From IMG/VR virus record IMGVR_UViG_3300036715_000919: DNA of 64,000 nucleotides; one strand, 5' to 3'. The DNA comes from an uncultured virus (IMG/VR IMGVR_UViG_3300036715_000919). Its lineage: Duplodnaviria; Heunggongvirae; Uroviricota; Caudoviricetes. Position numbers and translations under genes: made by a program. The notes below the pieces were generated by a model. That model worked only from the letters and a program-made list of their open reading frames with translations, ran no database searches and was not told the DNA's origin. Positions 36,211 to 46,200 of this stretch are shown here, one piece after another (position 1 is the first letter of the stretch; every line of letters starts with the position of its first letter).

Positions 36211-38760
36211 TTAAAAAATTACTACTCGTTTCAGTCGAATTTTATCAGTAGATGTTGGCACGGGTGCAGTGCCATTTGCAAATAAAATGGCACTACTATA
36301 AGGTTGTAACGTGATAAAATTGTTGTACGTAGATGACCTTGCATCCTTATATTGTAATCCTAAAAATCCTACGGTCTTTAGCACATTCGTATTATTTACT
36401 TCAAAGCGAAAATAAGTATCAGGATTAGCAGTAGTTACAGAGGAAGTCTCATACACCTGAACATCTTCAACATACACGGTATTCGCATCTTGTGAAAACT
36501 GCAAAAGAATTGCACCAGTCGTAATGCTAGGCCCTGTCCATGTCATTGTCATTTCGTGTTGCTGTATGGTAGTATCAACCCCATCACGAACATCAACAGA
36601 AGTTCCGGTGTAGTCACCATACCACTTTTGAATATATGCCCGAACTGTTGTGAATTTATTGCCCCTTGTTGTGAATCTTACAACGTAAGTAGTTCCTGTG
36701 TTAATCGCCCCAACGGTGCTTATTAGCGTAGTTTCATTGTTTGATGAAACTGTAGAAGTGATTAATTTTAAAGATCCGCCAGTACCAAGCTGATTCGTAT
36801 TATCCCAACTTAATGTATGAACCGTTCCCGTAGATGATGCTGTCCATCCGGTTATGTTGCTCGTAAAAGCGCCGTTCGTACATTTATCTGAACCTGTTGT
36901 TACAATGGTATTGTAAGGGATTGATATTGGTGACCCCACTGAAGTTGAATTGTAAACCGGGTGGTCGTTCTTCCATTTTTGTAGGGTGTAAAATGTATTC
37001 TGTGTGTTGCTGCTATTAACATGGTAGAACGGGAAATTATTAAAAGGCATTGCATAAATATTGTTATTAATTGTGCCGATGCTGTCAAGATTTCCGGAAA
37101 TATTGCTATGGTACATTAGTAATTGATTGGGGGACTTTGCAAAAAATATATTGTTTGTGATGGTGTTGTATTTCGTGTTGTTGTACCCGTCGTCAAAATT
37201 AAATTGCCCACCGTAAGCAGTGTTATCATTCACGTTAAAATTTCCGGAATTATAAACCGTGTTTCCGCTGAACGTGTTGTTTTGTGAAGCAGATATTGAT
37301 AGCCCAATGAAACAGTCATAAACCGTATTATTGAGAATATTTACCGCCAAGCTGGATGAATCTAAGTAAATCCCTTTGGCATGAGGGTTGTTTGGGAGTG
37401 TAGTTCCGCCGGGGGCGCCAACAGAGTTGTGGACGATATTACTATCAATATACACTCCGGTTGCCGCAGCCAATCCTCTTTGCCCGCCATTGTAAATTCC
37501 GCCTCCATCATTCTTTACAATGCAGAAATAACTAACCTCATTCTTTCTTACAATGGTGTTATTCCTATTTTGGCGCAAGGTGATACCGTTGTAACCGATA
37601 TAAGATAGATTGTTGTTTTTAATCAATACATTGTCGGAGCCTACAGCTATACCCGTGCTGCTGTTTCCGGCTGCATAAGTAGCATTTATCGGTGAAATCA
37701 TGCCAGGATTTACTCCAACTCTTGTAAGGGTATTATTTATAAAAGTACTATTTGTGCAGCCTGTATAATAAACCTCATAGATACCGCACATATTTATATC
37801 AACGCCGGTGCAATTACTAATAGTCGGGTAAGTGCTGGTAGCATATTTGAACATTGAAATTCCACCGTAAGCAAAATCACAACTGTCAATATTTGTATAG
37901 TTAGCATAAACATTGTCAACCATCTCACCGTTACTTCCAGTGAAATTTATGTTCCGAAATGTGATTCCAGTTTTTGTAGTTGGAGAAGTAAAAACTAAAT
38001 TAACAAGCTTGTCAACTGTACTTACCTGGATAGTTCCAGGATTTCCAACACTGTACATTTGAATCTTTTTTGTACCGCTTGCATCATAATAATACCATTC
38101 ATTTTGAGCATCCAAAGTTGCCGCTGCGTTCTGAATAAAATAACCGTTTCCATCGGTCAGATTGTTATTTGCTGTAGAGCTATAAGTTATCGTTGTGGTA
38201 CTGTGATTAGTAATTGGCGCTCTCACAGTTGACCAATCAGCAACACGTATAACCACTTCTGCTCCTGTCCAGTTAGGCGTTCCTGTAAGAGTTGGATCAG
38301 TGATTGAAGTGTATGCGCTATGACTTGTATATACAGCATAACCTGCATTTGCAGTACCTGCATTAGGCCACCGACCCATAGGAATTAATGCTCCCCCCTT
38401 CACAACGACGCTCAACGTTGATAGTCCACCTGGAACGGTTGCTTCCCAAATATTACCACTGATATTTGTCCAGCTTGAAATTGTTGTAAGGCCAGTAATT
38501 ATGGGTTTTGCACCAGACCCGTAGGCTGCAAATGTTACATTACTCGCAGTTGGCGAAAGTGTGCCGGACCAAACCTCCCCACGTTTTAAATAGATGTTGT
38601 TACCCGCTGTTCCGGACAGCGTGTTAATGACGCTGATTGTCTGCTTCGGTGATCCGATTGTACCTGCGTTAGCATCCAGACCATTCGTTGCGTCGAAGTA
38701 ATAATCTGTCGCAAAAAGATGTGAAGAAACCAGTAGTAATATGCTTAGTAATCTTTTCAT
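36211..38760 (-). CDS. Right-handed beta-helix (pectate-lyase-like) protein with CBM-like domain and signal peptide; candidate depolymerase/receptor-binding protein
   Basis: YYF....G.D.N.GT...P..TI, DGGGIY, GIYLD, Asn-rich PbH1 repeats; 'NGAFTSNITGW' CBM start. Confidence 0.8.
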   Translation of the reverse strand: MKRLLSILLLVSSHLFATDYYFDATNGLDANAGTIGSPKQTISVINTLSGTAGNNIYLKRGEVWSGTLSPTASNVTFAAYGSGAKPIITGLTTISSWTNISGNIWEATVPGGLSTLSVVVKGGALIPMGRWPNAGTANAGYAVYTSHSAYTSITDPTLTGTPNWTGAEVVIRVADWSTVRAPITNHSTTTITYSSTANNNLTDGNGYFIQNAAATLDAQNEWYYYDASGTKKIQMYSVGNPGTIQVSTVDKLVNLVFTSPTTKTGITFRNINFTGSNGEMVDNVYANYTNIDSCDFAYGGISMFKYATSTYPTISNCTGVDINMCGIYEVYYTGCTNSTFINNTLTRVGVNPGMISPINATYAAGNSSTGIAVGSDNVLIKNNNLSYIGYNGITLRQNRNNTIVRKNEVSYFCIVKNDGGGIYNGGQRGLAAATGVYIDSNIVHNSVGAPGGTTLPNNPHAKGIYLDSSSLAVNILNNTVYDCFIGLSISASQNNTFSGNTVYNSGNFNVNDNTAYGGQFNFDDGYNNTKYNTITNNIFFAKSPNQLLMYHSNISGNLDSIGTINNNIYAMPFNNFPFYHVNSSNTQNTFYTLQKWKNDHPVYNSTSVGSPISIPYNTIVTTGSDKCTNGAFTSNITGWTASSTGTVHTLSWDNTNQLGTGGSLKLITSTVSSNNETTLISTVGAINTGTTYVVRFTTRGNKFTTVRAYIQKWYGDYTGTSVDVRDGVDTTIQQHEMTMTWTGPSITTGAILLQFSQDANTVYVEDVQVYETSSVTTANPDTYFRFEVNNTNVLKTVGFLGLQYKDARSSTYNNFITLQPYSSAILFANGTAPVPTSTDKIRLKRVVIF

Positions 38761-38763
38761 AAA

Positions 38764-39681
38764 TTAGTTGTAAGCCATTGTTAATTGAATATCCCCCGCA
38801 ACCAGCACGGTATTATCTAGTGCTGCCTGCAACTTTGTAATATTGAATCCGATACCTGTTGCGAATTTTAGGCCTACATCACTAATCGGTATATCTATGC
38901 TGCTGTTGGCAGGTATAGCCCACTCATACAGATTCGCATCGGTTCCAGTAACCGGCGCAGTTGCCTTATTAAACAGCCTAAAAAAGCAGGCATAAGCTGC
39001 ATAATTGGTAAGGTGTATTGTATAAATATTTCCAGTTGAAGCCTTTAATAATGTTTGGTTATTTGATGCTGTTGCTGTATAGGTGTATACCGTTGTTCCA
39101 TTATTAAAACTACCGGTATTAATGGCTGCCTGAACTTGCAAGTTCGGCCCATACGAACTCGTTGCTGTCAGCGACGGTGGCACTGCTGATGTTGTAGAAT
39201 AGGTGCTAATCATTTGTACCCCCGTAGTTGTACCTGTGACAGCGGTCCCAAGTCTTACCCTTACAAATCTTGAAAGTAGCTGTCCTGAAAAACTCCGTGA
39301 TGCTGTGGTTAAAGTATAGGTGGTAGTGGATGCTGCGGTTATGTTGTCAGTTACAAACCACTGGTAAGTATTAGCGGAGGATGAAGTGTCGGCGCTTTGT
39401 TCAAAAAACAATGTTCCAGCAGTTACCGTACCCGTTGCTACGAGTAAATTCATTCGAATTGTATTGTATATGCCGTTCCCTGGCAGCCTCGTGTCAATCC
39501 AATACCCGCCAAGTTCTTTAAGCATGATATTGTCGTTAGCCACTGTCCTGCTGCCTAAGCCAACACTGTCTACTGGCTGATATACTTTTTTCCAAATTGC
39601 TGCGACTTCGTCAATATTTTGTGCAGAAGCAAAAAGTACAAAAAGAAGAAGCGATGTCGTTATTGTTATAATCTTACCCAT
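38764..39681 (-). CDS. Thr-rich beta protein with signal peptide (tail region)
   Basis: MGKIITITTSLLLFVLFASA|Q; C-terminal 'LFNKATAP..GTD...GLKFATGI' domain. Confidence 0.65.
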   Translation of the reverse strand: MGKIITITTSLLLFVLFASAQNIDEVAAIWKKVYQPVDSVGLGSRTVANDNIMLKELGGYWIDTRLPGNGIYNTIRMNLLVATGTVTAGTLFFEQSADTSSSANTYQWFVTDNITAASTTTYTLTTASRSFSGQLLSRFVRVRLGTAVTGTTTGVQMISTYSTTSAVPPSLTATSSYGPNLQVQAAINTGSFNNGTTVYTYTATASNNQTLLKASTGNIYTIHLTNYAAYACFFRLFNKATAPVTGTDANLYEWAIPANSSIDIPISDVGLKFATGIGFNITKLQAALDNTVLVAGDIQLTMAYN

Positions 39682-41696
39682 GTTGAATTTGTGAATTTAT
39701 ATGTGAAAATTGATGTTTTAGAATTAGCAAAACTTGGTGTTAAATATTCAAACAACGTCTGCCCTGTGTTTGCGGATATAGTTAGCGCTGAAACAACAGG
39801 GTTATTAAAAGCTATTGTACCCCCAAATATGATAGTTAGCGGTTGCCCTTCCTGCGGGTTGGCCGGTAAAGTAATTGTTAATGTAGATTGTAAATTTGAT
39901 GGATTGTATTTCACAGTCTGTACACTATCTGCCACTGTGTAAGTGCTTCCACTTGTAAGCGTAACAGATGCGCCATTAGCCCTAAAGCGACTGGAATCAA
40001 CCGCAATAGAAGGGTATGTTTTACCCAGCGTAACATCGGTATAAGTGCTTACCAATATGCCATTACCTGCTTTTAAGCTGTCTCTGGCTGTGCTGTCTTT
40101 TAGTTGCTGAAGATTTACTGCATCGGTTGCAGATGTTGCCGTTGGAACGGTTACATGCCCGCTAAATGTAGGGTATGCGGAGGGTGCTTTTAAAGCACTA
40201 TTTCCGTCTATTTTTTGTATAGCTTGTAAAATATTATCTGTACTTGCAACAGTGCCAGATCCCGGAGTATAGCCTGTCAATAATTTTGCAATTACTGCTG
40301 CGTTACTTATTGTTGCGGCTGCTGTTACGTTTGCTGTTCCATCAATTGTTGGGCTGGTATAAATAACTTCCCCAGTTAATGATAAGGTTCTACCATTAGT
40401 CCATTTAGCTGCGCTTCCTGTCGTATTCTGATTGAATGTGGGAAAACTTGTTAATGCTGCCGCACTGCCTGTTGGTGTAAGGTAATCAGTACCAGCAACA
40501 GCGGCAGACATCGCAGCACCGTTGCCTTTTAAAAGCCCCGTTAAATTCGTTGTAATTGTAATGGCAGGCGTTGCCCCACCACTGCTACTACCGCTAAACC
40601 CATTCGCCGTAGTAACTGATACACCTGTAAGTGTACCCGCTGGTGTGGCTATCCAGCTCCGTACACCAGCGGTAGTGGATGAAAGTATATATCCGTTTGC
40701 TGCGGGATTACCCAATGCGGTTTCTGCATCAGTAATTCCGTAACCGGCAATGGTAGTAGGTTTGCTGGTGAGCGATGAAAAAGTATGTGTATGCGCAAGT
40801 GCAGCCGCGTCTGTAATACCGTACCCGGCCAGCGTTGTAGGTGATCCTGTAATACTGCCCCATGCAGTGGATCCACTACCTGAAATAACCTGTGCTATTT
40901 TGTGAACTCTCCCGAGTATGTCAATACTTAGGATACTATCAGTTGTGGCGCCTACAGCCAGGGGAGCTACTACTCTTAATGCATTTGAGTCAGTTGCTTC
41001 AATCTCCACTATATGTGACCAGGTTGGGGAGCCCCCAAAGTTGAATTTACCACTTCCCAAGGTTCCTAAAGTTAGCAGATCAAATCCATTCAAAGAACCG
41101 GGCGCCCTCAATGAGAGCTGGTAAGGACCCGCAGATAGCAGGTAACTGGGCCCACTGAAAATTGATATGTCCTTGAAGTCGTTATTTATGTGTAAGGACA
41201 TTGCAGAGAAGTCATAACTACCAAGCGTTACAGCATCGACACCAATCTTTACCCCGTTATTAAATACAGATGGATAAGTGCTTCCAGATGTTGGACTTTG
41301 AAAAGCCAGGCTGTGTGTACCGAGGTAGACGTTTCTGTTCGCCGCTATGTTACCGTCTGCTGTGTATAGGGTACTAACAGTTTCGGTTGGTACAATATCC
41401 GCTACCTGTTTTCTCAGGTTAACACCTGCTATTCCCCCTACAAACTGCCAAACACGTATATCATTAGTTGTAGACCCGTATATATAGGCTATCTCCCCAA
41501 TATGCCTTCGAGTAGGTGGTACTGTTGCTAAAAAATCTGCAGTATCTGCGTATGGTACATGCTTATTATCTACAATTTTATACTGCTTGCCATCAACAGA
41601 CCTTTGAGCACTTACAGCAATATCTTGATTTAATGTAAGTTGTGCTGAAGTAAAGAGAGATGTCAATGTAAATACTGCTAATAGTACTTTTTTCAT
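39666..41696 (-). CDS. Tail fibre-like protein with N-terminal signal peptide
   Basis: PTTLAGYGITDA/PTTIAGYGITDA repeats, AAKWTNGRTLSLTG...IDGTANV, ATDAVNLQQL stalk motif; MKKVLLAVFTLTSLFTSA|Q. Confidence 0.8.
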   Translation of the reverse strand: MKKVLLAVFTLTSLFTSAQLTLNQDIAVSAQRSVDGKQYKIVDNKHVPYADTADFLATVPPTRRHIGEIAYIYGSTTNDIRVWQFVGGIAGVNLRKQVADIVPTETVSTLYTADGNIAANRNVYLGTHSLAFQSPTSGSTYPSVFNNGVKIGVDAVTLGSYDFSAMSLHINNDFKDISIFSGPSYLLSAGPYQLSLRAPGSLNGFDLLTLGTLGSGKFNFGGSPTWSHIVEIEATDSNALRVVAPLAVGATTDSILSIDILGRVHKIAQVISGSGSTAWGSITGSPTTLAGYGITDAAALAHTHTFSSLTSKPTTIAGYGITDAETALGNPAANGYILSSTTAGVRSWIATPAGTLTGVSVTTANGFSGSSSGGATPAITITTNLTGLLKGNGAAMSAAVAGTDYLTPTGSAAALTSFPTFNQNTTGSAAKWTNGRTLSLTGEVIYTSPTIDGTANVTAAATISNAAVIAKLLTGYTPGSGTVASTDNILQAIQKIDGNSALKAPSAYPTFSGHVTVPTATSATDAVNLQQLKDSTARDSLKAGNGILVSTYTDVTLGKTYPSIAVDSSRFRANGASVTLTSGSTYTVADSVQTVKYNPSNLQSTLTITLPANPQEGQPLTIIFGGTIAFNNPVVSALTISANTGQTLFEYLTPSFANSKTSIFTYKFTNSTWVRL

Positions 41697-41706
41697 GATT
41701 ATTTAT

Positions 41707-42441
41707 TTATCGGCTAAAAATTACTGCGCCTATAATAGTTGTTTGAGAACGAGTTAAATAAAGTGCATTTCCAGCCCTGGTAGTTTTATACCATACCCCC
41801 GATCCTGTCCCAAATGAACTGTCAATAGGTTGATTTTGTTGAAATGGATTTCCTACTTCGCTCCATTTAGTGAATGGAAGTTCAACAGGGGGAACTTGTA
41901 AGAATAATACCTTATCAGTTGCATTGTAAAAAGTTGTTACAGTAATATCAAGGTCATGTATCTGAGTACTTGAGTATTCTCCCAGTGCAGCCAAAACAGC
42001 ATCAACAGAAGCAATGTAATTTGCATCTGTAAGTGGGGCTCCGGTTGTATCAGCAGCAGTTGATCCGAATTTGAATTCAAAAGTTACTGGTGGAGGTATT
42101 ATGACAGGGGCGTCTGGTACTGCATCCTGTACTATTTGAGTAGCATTATAACAAGGTTTTATCCAAATAGAATGATCTGTACTGCAGGTATTGGTAAGAG
42201 GATCACGATGAGCATAAGCAATTTGATCAAATATGGCATTCTTCTGCTGTGTAGTGAGCCATAATTCATGGTCCAGGGCATACATTAACAGAAGAAGGTT
42301 ATTATCTAAATTTGAATTCTTATATTGTACCCCGTACAGATCCTTGACGAATTTATTGAAAGTAATATTCGTCAGATATTGTGTTCCTTTATCTATTATA
42401 GATTGAGTTAACAATTGCAGGGAGTTGAAGGAGTTAAACAA
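41707..42441 (-). CDS. Putative structural (tail) protein
   Basis: Late-arm position. Confidence 0.55.
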   Translation of the reverse strand: MFNSFNSLQLLTQSIIDKGTQYLTNITFNKFVKDLYGVQYKNSNLDNNLLLLMYALDHELWLTTQQKNAIFDQIAYAHRDPLTNTCSTDHSIWIKPCYNATQIVQDAVPDAPVIIPPPVTFEFKFGSTAADTTGAPLTDANYIASVDAVLAALGEYSSTQIHDLDITVTTFYNATDKVLFLQVPPVELPFTKWSEVGNPFQQNQPIDSSFGTGSGVWYKTTRAGNALYLTRSQTTIIGAVIFSR

Positions 42442-43187
42442 TCGCAGTAAGTAGCCAGGCTGGTAACCAGCATATTAGCATCATTCAAGTAATTTTGTGA
42501 AAATTTACTCTTGAGTGCTATCTGTTGTTTGTACCTTTTCCAGATGTCCTTGAAATTAGCATCCTGACATCCAGTATCAGCCCAGATAGCAATATCCTCT
42601 GTAAGACACCGAGCGCCAGCTTTATCAACTAATATCATCAAGTCTCCAACATAAATCACTTCAAAAGCAACAGTAACTCCAGTTACCGGCAAAGACTCTG
42701 TTACCCATCCACCAGCAGCATCCAGTGTCTTTGTTCTGTCTATATAATAAATCTTACTGGTATTATCCGGTAGTACAAATCCTATTGCATCTGCAAATAC
42801 AGTGGAAGCATTAGTCAGTGTAAATTGCTTAGCAGATCCTGTGAAAGTGATACTTCCCGTACCAGTATAGAGTATATTGTATTTTAAACCATACACTTTA
42901 TCAGGGAAGATTGTACCAGCACTTAAACCTGGAAAACTACTGGCAAGAAGTGTTTCGCCTGCTGAGAATAAATTAATAATCCCGGAAAGTCTGTAGGGGA
43001 CAATAATGTCAGGAGAGGAGAATGCATACAATCCTATAATTACTCCAGTAATTCCCGCTTGTGGGGGATTAGGGGCTTCAAATCCACCTGGATTAGAAAC
43101 AGAGTAGTTACCTGTAATTTCTTTTACAGTAATTGAGCTGGCATCATCTGCCACTGAAATAAGTTGGAGAGTAGGTTGTAAGGCCAT
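42408..43187 (-). CDS. Putative structural (tail) protein, Cys-rich C-terminus
   Basis: 'ITGNYSVSNPGGF..PNP' N-terminus; ends CDC..PCNC. Confidence 0.55.
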   Translation of the reverse strand: MALQPTLQLISVADDASSITVKEITGNYSVSNPGGFEAPNPPQAGITGVIIGLYAFSSPDIIVPYRLSGIINLFSAGETLLASSFPGLSAGTIFPDKVYGLKYNILYTGTGSITFTGSAKQFTLTNASTVFADAIGFVLPDNTSKIYYIDRTKTLDAAGGWVTESLPVTGVTVAFEVIYVGDLMILVDKAGARCLTEDIAIWADTGCQDANFKDIWKRYKQQIALKSKFSQNYLNDANMLVTSLATYCDCLTPSTPCNC

Positions 43188-43245
43188 TGTATGAAAGTAG
43201 ACCACATGAGTCTACTTTCATTTACAGCTATAGGTAGCATTGCTA

Positions 43246-46200
43246 CTATTGAAGTGCATCCAGGTCCTTGTTGGCCATGTAAATGCTCTTGTTGATGAGC
43301 GTCGTCTGCGGAATTGGGATACCAGCTTTGGTCATTTTCAGTGCCCACTTTCCAAATGTGTAATCATCGTCAATTATCAGCCTCATGGTAGCGCCAATGG
43401 CTTTACCATAGTCTGTTAACACTGAGGTAGCAGGGATGACATTCTTGGTTACAGATTCAAACACACCCGGAGAAGCATAGAAGTCAATATCCTGTTTACC
43501 ACGGATAAGCATATTGAGTAGCACTTGTGTGGTGTAAGCACTCTTCTTGTCATCATCTCCTGCATTGAGATGTTTGAGCATAGCGATGGAGCCTGCGAGT
43601 ACCAGGAAGTAACCGAGTTCAGATAAGTTCTTCCTCATATTTTCTGTATCCACACTTTCTTCATCTGTCAGTAGCTTACCACCAATGGTAGTGATACCAC
43701 TGAAAGGATTGACTTTTACTCCCGGTAGCAGGCCTATGAGCTGTCTTCCCATTACCATGGCATACCCACCGATACCGATCTGATTATCCAGATTAAAGAA
43801 GGAACGGTAACGTCCTTTTACTGCACGACCCAGGTTCTCATCAAAGCGTTCATCCTGGAACCTATTATACCATCCCTCAGGTAACCAGCTTGCTCTGAAC
43901 TGACCAAGCAGTCTACCCAGAATTGTTTTGTTGATCATCTTGGGAGCATTCTTATCCTGGTTACCGTGTAGGATTACATTCACACGGATAGCCTTATTAC
44001 GAAACTTGTCCCATTTCGTCTGCTGTTTAGCAGAAGTACCACTAACCCAATCCTCACTTGGTCCGTGTTTAGCACTGTCATAGTAACCATTTTCATCCAG
44101 GCTATCCCAAATAGATAACTCAGGAGTGATCTTATCGTGCATAGCCATGGCCACAGTAGTAACTCCTTTCATGAAGAAATCAGTCTCCCGCATCATACCG
44201 AAAGGATCAGCTATCTTCTTCCAGGTAGATTTGTTATCACGGAACTCAGGTGCCTTACCATATTTGGATTCAACGTAATCTCCAATGATACCGGCTCTAT
44301 CCATCATACCCATCACTTTTGTAGCCAGCTTCTTATCAAAGAGTGCCCTGGTCATCAGAGTACGAGCAGCAGCAACGTGTGCATGGGTAAAGTCCCTTCC
44401 TCCAGCAGCATGAATGCTGATGGAGATAAGTCCAAAGGTTACGTTCGCCACAGCAGAGAATGGGTTATAAGAGAGTGCCTTCAGTTGATTGATACCGATT
44501 AGTTTGTCACCGATCTTCGAACCATACATAGTGAAGCCTTCGTACTTACCAAGCTGCTGGTTGATAGGCTCAATGGCAGCTCCGTACTCTTCCTCTGTCA
44601 GTTCTCCTGTTCTGAACTTCTCTTCCAGTTCTTCCCGTTGAGCAGTCAGTTTTTTCACATCCCGTGTCATCTTGATATGCTTGATAAGATTGAGAGAAAA
44701 CTTACTTCCCTTTCCGGTATTCTTAGAGTACAGTTTGCTATTGGTGTTACCCTCCAGTTCCTTTGGTTTGCGGAACATAGAGTAATCCTTTAGGTACTTC
44801 AGTGCATCCAACGTATTACGTAATCCCTTCTGTACTGTAACAACTTTACCATTCTGTTCCATTTGGGTAGAGCCTTCAATCTGAGCTCTATTCACTTCTT
44901 TGAGAATAGTTTCTCCCATATCAATGTAATCTTTGGCAGCAGAAAAATGTTTGTAGTGAATGGCCATCATTGCAAACAGGCGTCCTATACCAATCAGGTC
45001 CTTGCTTCTATCCTCAAGAACTAACTTATTAGCATTTACAAAGTCAATCGGTATCTTATCAAAGGCACGGTCACTCATCTGTTCTTCCCAGCCGGTAGCA
45101 GTTATACTGCGTACAAACTTTTCATTGAAAGTCTTCACCCAATCTACTACATTGAACATGTTAGCCATCACCTCTTTCCTTACAGCAGGTAGAAAGTCAG
45201 CACCTTGCCTGTCTTGTACTGCTTTAGGCATATAAGAAAGAAACTCATCTATCATATTTTTGTAGTCGTTGTAAAATTGGCTTACTTTAGAATCTTCCAT
45301 CAATCCTTTGTAATCGTCATTCCACAATTCTTTACTGCTTAACTTGGGAGCCATAGCAATATACTCTTCTGTAGCTTCAGAGAAAGAACGTGCGCTGTTG
45401 TTACGGTCGAAGAATACATTGGGACTGTGCTTATTCTGCCACTCCTTCTTCATTACCTCAGCTTCTTCTGCTGTATGCTCATGCAGGACAACGCGTTCAT
45501 CCAGTACATCAAAATGTGTGTTCTTATCTTCAATATACTTCAGGTAACGTTCCTGAGCTCTTGCAAGTAATATCTCTACGTGGTCAGCCCCTACATGTAT
45601 GGCCAATTCTTCCCGTGCACCTGGGTTATCAATCAACTCTCCTGTCGTGGGATTGAAGAAGCGGCGGGTGTCAACGAAGACAGCTTTCTTATCTACCTCC
45701 TTCCAGAAAGCTTTCCAGGCTGCTTTCTTAGGTCCAATAGCGCCGACAGTATCATTGCCAAAGTTCTTCTCAATATCGGCAATAGTTGCATTACGTTTGG
45801 CAATGATGGAGCGTCTCCATTCAAACCATTCCTTACTATACTGCATAGTCAAACCCAAAGATTTGGCACTGGTTTGAGTCATCTTATTATACAATGCTTC
45901 CAGTCCCTTCTTTCCACCTGTATGAGCAAGCATGTTTTTCTCCAGTTTGTTGAGTTTCTGCATCGCCTCATAACACTCCTCATCTCTTTGACGGGCTGTA
46001 GTTTCAATAAAATTAGCCACATGAGAAGTCACTGTACTCTTAGCTGCTGAAGAGAGTGAGCGTAGTAGCTTCTGATCCATACTAATGTCTTCTACCTGTT
46101 CAAAGTCTTTGGTACTGCGAATCACTCCAGCACTCACATCTACCATATAGTCTTTGCCTTTACTCAGTAACCTATGTACAAAGTTACCAGACTGGTTAGC

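Noticed and set aside
36211..41696. Diversity-generating retroelement targeting tail fibres
   Set aside because: No reverse transcriptase or TR/VR repeat pair is seen in the window.
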